NCBI RefSeq assembly: GCF_016432865.1
Contig: NC_067404.1
Location: forward strand, 85,312,001-85,376,000
From: Antechinus flavipes
Lineage: Eukaryota
Direction: 5' to 3'
DNA: 64,000 nucleotides
Below are positions 57,011 to 64,000 of the stretch, piece by piece. A model generated the notes under the pieces. The model worked only from the letters and a program-made list of their open reading frames with translations, was not told where the DNA came from and ran no database searches. The first letter of the stretch is position 1. Every line of letters begins with the position of its first letter. A program made the position numbers and the translations under genes.

Positions 57011-58047
57011 CTGGCAGGTTAGAAGCTGCCTTATTTGTGTGTAAGTTGGGGTTGGGTTTTCCCCCCTCCTGGAGACTCTCTGCCCCCCCTCCCCCATGCT
57101 GATCTGAGAGACAGGGTCCCCTCCCCCCCATCTCCACTCCCAGCCCTCCGGCCTCAGTGGCAGCTTAGACGGGCCGGGGCTCTGGCAAAGCCCTCCTTTT
57201 CGGGCCTCGGTTTTGGTTTTTGGCACACGGGGCCAACAGAGTCTGAGCGGGCACGGGGTGGCAACAACACAATGGCCCCGGGCTGCCTGGGGGTCGGATG
57301 GCTCAGTCCGCCCGACGGGGCGGGTGCCGCAGCCAGACGGGCCGGGAGCAAAGCTCCGGATCTCAGGCTCAGCTCACAACAGACTTGCTAAATACTGGGC
57401 CTTTTGTTTTGCAAATGATGGTCGCTGGAATGGTCAGCCCCTCATCCCCCCAGCTCCAAAGTGGGGGCCCAGGCTGCACTCTTCCTGGCCCCTGCAAGGG
57501 CCCTTGCAAAGTGTGGCCGCGTGGGAACTGGCAAAGCCCCCAGGGAATGGCTTCTTTGTCCTCCCACACCGCACCGCTCGGCCACCCGCTAATTCCCGGT
57601 GTGGCTCAGTCCCTTCTTTCTGGGGCCGTCTGACGGCGACCTTCCCTCCTGTAGAGTCCGAGCTTGCACTGAAACATTACCTCCAAGACCCCACTTCTAG
57701 TACTGAGCCTTAAGACCCCCGTGACCCAGCGGAGCTCCAGCCTCCCTTCCTGCTCTGCCAGCCCCTGCCCTGCTCTGGGAATCACCTTGTCCGCGCCCCT
57801 CACCTCTTGGGGAGCACACAGGTGAGCCGGGACCTCAGCTCGGGTCTCGTGGCTCTGGGCGCGCGAGCAGAAGAGGAGGGGGCTCTAAAATGGAACCGCC
57901 ACCAGTGCCTGTCTCCCTGGGACCCCGGCCCAGTCCCCCAGTGATCCCCCCACACACACACCAGAGGCGGAGAAAAGCGCATGGGAGAAGAGGTCCAGGG
58001 AAGGCAAGGAGGGAAGGGGAGACAGCGCGGCCGGTGGAGTTACTCAC

Positions 58048-58240
58048 CTCTCGGCAGCGGGGTGGCCGGCTGGCTGGGGAGGGAGAGCAGAGGCTCAAAA
58101 ACAAGGTGGCTTTTATATGGGAGGTGAGAAGAAAAACCACTGAAAACCGAACCCCCACGCTGACTTCTCAATCAATCCTGCCGCTCCTCTCCCTTCTTGG
58201 TCTAGTCTACGGGACTTCAACGGAAATTTTGAAATTCAGA
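58048..58240 (-). promoter_or_regulatory. FOXP3 core promoter and first non-coding exon
   Basis: TATAAAA at 58111-58117 within GTGGTTTTTCTTCTC..TATAAAAGC..TTGTTTTTGA, plus an upstream CAAAATTTCCGTT; both resemble the recalled human FOXP3 promoter. The donor GAG|GTGAGT at 58048 gives exon ~58048-58085. Confidence 0.8.
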
Positions 58241-58249
58241 CTCTCTCTC

Positions 58250-59345
58250 CCTCCTCCCTTCCCCCCTCTTCCCCCAGTTTCCCTCCCCCCTTCTCCCCTC
58301 TCCTCTCTTGCTCTCTCTTCCTCCCCTCCTCTCTCCCCTCTTCCTTTCTCTCTCATTCCCTTTCTCCCTTTTTTCACTGTCCTTCCCTCTCCTTTTTCCT
58401 CTCTCCCTTCTTCCTTTCTCTCTCATTCCCTTTCTCCCTTTTTTCACTGTCCTTCCCTCTCCTTTTTCCTCTCTCCCTTCTTCCTTTCTCTCTCATTCCC
58501 TTTCTCCCTTTTTTCACTGCCCTTCCCTCTCTTTTTCTCTCTCCCTTCTTCCTTTCTCTCTCATTCCCTTTCTCCCTTTTTTCACTGCCCTTCCCTCTCT
58601 TTTTCTCTCTCCCTTCTTCCTTTCTCTCTCATTCTCTTTCTCCCCTTTTTCTGTCCTTCCTCTCGTTTTCCCCCTCTCCCTTCTTCCTTTCTCTGTCATT
58701 CCCTTTCTCTCTTTTTTCTGTCATTCCCTCTCTCCTTTTCCCTCTTTCCCTTCTTCCTTTCTCTCATTCCCTCCTTCTTTTCTCTGTCCTTCCCTCTCAT
58801 TTTCCCTCTTTCCCTTCTTCCTTTCTCTCATTCCCTTTCTCCCTTCTTTTCTCTGTCCTTCCCTCTCGTTTTCCCTCTTTCCCTTCTTCCTTTCTCTCTC
58901 ATTCCCTTTCTCCCCTTTTTCTGTCCTTCCCTCTCGTTTTCCCCCTCTCCCTTCTTCCTTTCTCTGTCATTCCCTTTCTCCCTTCTTTTCTCTGTCCTTC
59001 CCTCTCGTTTTCCCTCTTTCCCTTCTTCCTTTCTCTCTCATTCCCTTTCTCCCCTTTTTCTGTCCTTCCCTCTCGTTTTCCCCCTCTCCCTTCTTCCTTT
59101 CTCTGTCATTCCCTTTCTCCCTTCTTTTCTCTGTCCTTCCCTCTCGTTTTCCCTCTCCCTTCTTCCTTTCTCTCTCATTCCCTTTCTCCCCTTTTTCTGT
59201 CCTTCCCTCTCGTTTTCCCCCTCTCCCCTCTTCCTTTCTGTCATTCCCTTTCTCCCTTCTTTTCTCTGTCCTTCCCTCTCCTTTTCCCTCTCTCCCTTCT
59301 TCCTTTCTGTCTGCCATTTCCTCTCTGTCCCTTCCTTTCTGTATC
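58250..59345. repeat. ~68-70 bp polypyrimidine tandem array (~15 units) directly upstream of the FOXP3 promoter
   Basis: CACTG(T/C) anchors recur at 58375, 58445, 58515 and 58583. It accounts for the spurious ORFs 57890..59371 and 58308..59375. Confidence 0.9.
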
Positions 59346-61769
59346 TGTCCTTTACCGTCATTTGGAAATAAATAACAAGAGTAGTAGGGGTCAATGAGAT
59401 TCTGCCCGGCAGAGGTGAAAATATGGGAGGAAATCCCAGAGCTTTTGAATACCTAAGAGAAGCAGGCTTGAAAGCCTCAGCCACGGGGCCAGGGCAAAGA
59501 GTCTAAGCAGTGAAGGCAGGCCTTGAGGTCTTGGTCATAGGCTAAGTATAATCTCGGGCTGGCTCCTGGAGCCAGGCAGACCCGGGTTGAAGAGCTGCTT
59601 CTGACAGTCAAGCTGTGCAGCCCTAGACCGGTCCCTTCCCCTCACTATGTCCCAAAGCAATGTTCCGGCCTGCATTAGGAGGGAGAATTTCCTCTGCCTG
59701 TAAAATCTCAGCTCAGGTCCCCAACGGTTCCTCCCCTCCCCCTATGCTACTCTCCACCCTCCTGAGTGAGCTGGTGATCTAGGAAGGGGCTAGGCCGTGC
59801 CCATTTTCAGTTTCCCTGCTGGGCTCACGCCAAAAGTTAGCCCTCTGTGCCCCGGCCTTCAGCAGAGGGCTGGCATTCCACCTCTGCCAGGGCGCCCTTA
59901 TCTAAGGGACAAGGCCGGGGGGAGGATGCAGCAATGTATCTTCAGAGATTTGAAAAGCCTCCTAGGGACGACAGGCTGGGGCCGGGCTTGGTGGGAAAGG
60001 GGCTACTCCTTCAGGTCCCAAGCGAGAAGGGACAGATAAGGAAGTAAGTGTAAGGAGGCCCACAGCATCCCCCACCACGTGGGGGAGAGGAGCCTCTTCT
60101 GACTCCATCTCTCAAACTGGCCAGACTGAGACAACCGTTCTCCTTCTGGCTCTCCATGTTCAGTTTGGTTTTGTTTTTTTTTTCCCTCTGCCGGCTCCTT
60201 CCCGCAATGTCTAGAGGGTAAAGATCCCAGATTATCCACAGTGTGGGTGCCGTGAACTGGGGAGAAGGGAAGGACTTTTCTTCTTGAGCTGAGAAAGGAG
60301 CCCGGGAGGGCTTCTTTCCGTCCTCTTCTGTTTGTCCTTCTCCGTTTCAGGTCCCGGGATGTTTCCTGGGAGCCGGAACCATTGGCAAATCTTGAAGCCG
60401 GGATGGCAAATGGGATGGGACAGCCAGTCAGTGCAGCCGGAAAACCTGGAGAGCTGGGGGGCCCGAGACTGGGACACTTGGAACTGGGACTGTGCTTTAT
60501 AAGAATTGAGCTAGTTTACAAACCTGATCCCCCCTCCCCCCCTTCCTCCCCTCCCCCCAGAGAATAAAATGAATTGGCCAGGAGGGGTGGAATTATGGCT
60601 CCCACATGTTGGGGGACTAAGTTTGCATATTATTATACCTTTTGAAGTAAATATTCCTTTGTAAAAGTTAATCAGACTGTTAAGTGGATAAATAGAACCG
60701 GGGTGCAGGAGAGCACCCCCTACATTTGGAGAAACACATTCTAGGGCTACAGCCAATGGCAAAGAGTCCAAATCCCGCCCCCCCAATCCCCTTAAGGGTA
60801 CTGGAGAACAGTGGAGAAATGAAATCTAACCTAGCTGGTCCTCAGACAGTGCGCACCAGGGTTGGCAGTGTTATATGGCGAATCCCAGGGAAGAAAAAGT
60901 ATCTGCTCAGGGCAGCACAGCATGTCAGTGGTAGAGCTGGACCCGGCACCCGGCTCTCTCTCGGGGAAGCAACAAAACCCAGCCCTCGAGGTTATTCTGT
61001 GTGCCTGGCACACACGTGTATAGCAGTCACTTCAAATGAATATCCATGTGGCCCACGTCCTAAAAAACTGTTTTCTTCTGTACTCCGTGTGTTTCCCCTG
61101 TTGGGAGGCGGGGAGCGGACTCTGTCATCAGACCCGAGGAACCCTGCCTCGGTACCATTAAGGGATCAGCACAAATGTGCTCCATCACATTTATGGGCAT
61201 CCCCTTCCACTTCCCATTCTTTTCCACCTCAAAAAAGGGCTACAGATATTTTTTATGTCCTTGAGAGTTTGTTTTGCTCGAGACACATCCCACTCCATCC
61301 TGGATCTACCCTCCTAATTCCTCCTCCCCACTTTTCCCCCCTTCCCTCGGATTTTCCTGTGGAGAAATGTATTTCTGTACCCAACGGGGTGTGTCCCGCC
61401 AGTTCAGATGAGTGAGCTTTCAGTATCGGCTATCCCCTCCCCCCATGCAGTAATCCAAAAGGTATTTATTATCCAAATTATCCCAAAAGTGCTTAAGCAC
61501 TTTCTAGGCGCCAGGCCAGGCGTTCTGCTAAGCACTAGGAGTAATGAATGAAGTCATGAAAAGAGGCAGTCCCTGCCCTCAGAGCTCATCATCTAAAGGG
61601 GGAAATGACCTACAAAAAGAGGCAAGAATGCCCCAGGTGGGAGGGAGATGGGACACCATCCCAGCATGGGGGCGTCTCGGTCCATGCGGTTGGAACCGGG
61701 AGCAGTAGCCGACGGGATCTGTTTTTGTCCAGAATCCAGTTTTTGTTCCTTCTAAAGGAAGGACCTGGA

Positions 61770-61945
61770 TAGAGCCCTGGGCCTGGGGCCCGGAGCGGAG
61801 TTCAAATCCAGGCTGAGACACTTATAAGCTGCGTGTTGCCGGGCAAGTCACCGGCAAAGGGAATGGCGAACCACTGCGGTATCTTTGCCAAGAAAACCCC
61901 ACGGAAGGCATGGTCTACAGGGTCAGGAAGAATCTGTTAACAATA
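61770..61945 (+). mobile_element. MAR1-like CORE-SINE with RTE-derived tail
   Basis: ...gagttcaaatccagg...ggcaagtcac followed by ggaatggcgaaccactgcggtatctttgccaagaaaacccc, the recalled RTE/MAR1 3' tail. This supports a marsupial origin. Confidence 0.65.
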
Positions 61946-63538
61946 ACATGATGGAAGGCCTTGAGAGGGGTTAGGCACTCCACCCTTCAGCCCTCCAATC
62001 AAAGGAGAGAGGAGGCTGGAGGAGGCGGTAGCAATCAAGGCTTTGAATTTGCTTACGGTTTTGAGTTGAGAAGTAAAGAGTGCATCCTGGGAGGGGCATC
62101 TTGTTCAGCGGAGCAGCAAAGTGGAGCTCTCTCCTTTTTTGCCATAGCTGTCAATTTGTTCACCCTGATGACGTGAGATACTTTCCCTGACTTCCCTTCC
62201 CTTCCCTTCCTCCCCCTCCTCCCCGATGTAACCCTCTTCCCCTTTCTCTCCATTCTTCTTTTAAGATGATCAAGATATTACAGAAGCGCTTCCAGGCTTT
62301 GGGTAATTAGTCTCCCTCTAGGACCCCAGCTCTTGGAGGATCTATCAGTTCGTACCCGTCTTTCCAGGACGTCTTTCCGAAACATCCCTTTTCTGATTTC
62401 TTCTAGCGTTCTAGATTTCTATCCTATTCGTATACCATGACCCGTTCAGCCATTCCCCAATCGTCAAGACTCGCAACTGGACTGCCTCGATAAACCTCAA
62501 TGACGGGAGGGTTAGGGAGAAGGGCCCCCCGTCTCCTCTCCCCATAAATGAATGAAAGCAGTTTGTCTTCGTTTGGTCCTTTAGCACTGTTCGTTAAGAT
62601 TTACCTTTTTATGTTTCTCTTCGCTCTTGTGTTCGAACTCTGGTTTTTCCCCAGTCTTTCCTTCCGAAATGCCTGGAAGTCCTCGAATTGACTACGAGGC
62701 CAGTATGCTCAGTTTCGCCAGATGAGTTATTCTTGGCTGGAAGCTCACATCCTTTGCCTTCTGGAATATGACATTGCGCTTTCTGAGCAATAGTAGATAT
62801 TGATGATCCCAGCCCCCGTCAGCCAGCTAGCAAGCTCCGCTGGTCCGGAGCAATTGGACTGTAAGCTCCTGCTGATGTGGGATTCCTGCCCTGGCTACTC
62901 CCCTCTTGTCTGGGCTAGATGCTGGAACAGAGAGCCCCATCTGGTCTCGGGGTCCGAGTCCCCTTCCCCACCGCTTCTGCCGCCGACCGGGCCCCGAGCA
63001 CAGCTTAGAACTAGGTAGCGGATGACAAACGCACCTATTCCTGTTGAGGGGGCTCCAGGATGAAGCAAGGATCTCTGCTGGCCTGGATGTGCAGCCTCTC
63101 TTTGGAGCGCAATATTCGGATCCCCCCGTTTCCCCCTCTATGGTGGGCGGGACAAAGGATTTGCTTTGACTTTTCCCGGCTTTCCACATCGGGGTTCCAT
63201 CTGCGGTGCTGCTCTGTTTTGGTTTTCTGTTGCCTTTTTAGAATTTTGTTTTGCAAGAACTCAATCTGATTTGATTTTGGCTTCCAAATTCTCTCCCTTC
63301 TTTTCCCCCTTCCCCACGTAGTATAAATAGACATGGTTGCCAAAAACAAATTCACAAACTAGCCTTATCCAAAAACAGAAGGAAAAAGAATGAGAGAAAA
63401 ATATACTTGGACGTGCCCTGTGAGCTCTTGTTGGAAGGGATCAAATTCTGACCAGCAGAGTAGATCATGTCATGTGAGAGGACGCTGATCAAGGAGACAA
63501 GAGGCAGTTGCAGTGAAAAGCTCTGATGGTTTCCATCC

Positions 63539-63677
63539 NNNNNNNNNNNNNNNNNNNNNNNNNNNNNNNNNNNNNNNNNNNNNNNNNNNNNNNNNNNNNN
63601 NNNNNNNNNNNNNNNNNNNNNNNNNNNNNNNNNNNNNNNNNNNNNNNNNNNNNNNNNNNNNNNNNNNNNNNNNNNNN
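63539..63677. other. Assembly gap (139 N)
   Basis: Run of N. Confidence 1.
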
Positions 63678-63790
63678 CCTTGCCTAGGGTCCCACGGATA
63701 GAAAGTATTAAGTGTCTGCAGTCAGATTTGAACTCAGGTCCTCCTGACTTCAGGGCTGGTGCTCTAACCACTGCATCACCTAGCTGCTCC
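63678..63790 (-). mobile_element. CORE-SINE (WSINE1/MIR-like) abutting the gap
   Basis: atttgaactcaggtcctcctgacttcagggctggtgctctaaccactgcatcacctagctgctcc is the reverse complement of the SINE 5' end seen at 16801. Confidence 0.75.
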
Positions 63791-64000
63791 CGGAAAGATT
63801 TTCAAAGCACAGCCAGGTTCCACCAAAGCGGACATTCCTTTGCAAACAGAAACTGCATCTGTAACTAAGAGCTCTGATTGTCAGGGTCATGGGGATTCCA
63901 GCGAGTCTCTTAGCTCAAAGGAACATAACAGTTGAGACACAAGTCGGTGATACAGTTGCGAAGGATGTGAGAACCAGTCACTCCCTCAACATCTCAGCTG

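Noticed and set aside
57890-59375. 493-aa and 355-aa Leu/Ser/Phe/Pro ORFs
   Set aside because: Artefacts of the polypyrimidine array, which cannot contain stop codons.

Overview
GC-rich, intron-compact vertebrate genomic DNA syntenic with human Xp11.23. It contains PRICKLE3 (-, 5' part only), SYP (-), CACNA1F (-), CCDC22 (+) and FOXP3 (-), followed by about 6 kb of FOXP3 upstream sequence with a 139-nt assembly gap. The organism is inferred to be a marsupial from the repeat complement (MAR1/RTE-tailed and WSINE-type SINEs, marsupial-type L1 3' ends, abundant L2/MIR/L3) and the degree of protein divergence. Exons were placed by hand using GT/AG signals, phase continuity and recalled human proteins; no alignment or database search was run, so every comparison to human or to repeat consensus is from memory and needs confirmation. 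I found no convincing wholly new biological system. The most notable observations are: (1) an apparent -1 frameshift in CACNA1F exon 42 that makes exon 42 splice in frame to exon 44 while exon 43 cannot be resolved; (2) a recognisable FOXP3 promoter and CNS2/TSDR-like element, a candidate extra 5'UTR exon and a ~70-bp polypyrimidine array upstream; (3) FOXP3 changes at the LxxLL motif (L92P-equivalent) and at M370 (T); (4) a CACNA1F/CCDC22 head-to-head promoter of under 500 bp; (5) fused CCDC22 exons 8/9 and an AG|GTGAGT junction; (6) overlapping CCDC22/FOXP3 3' ends.
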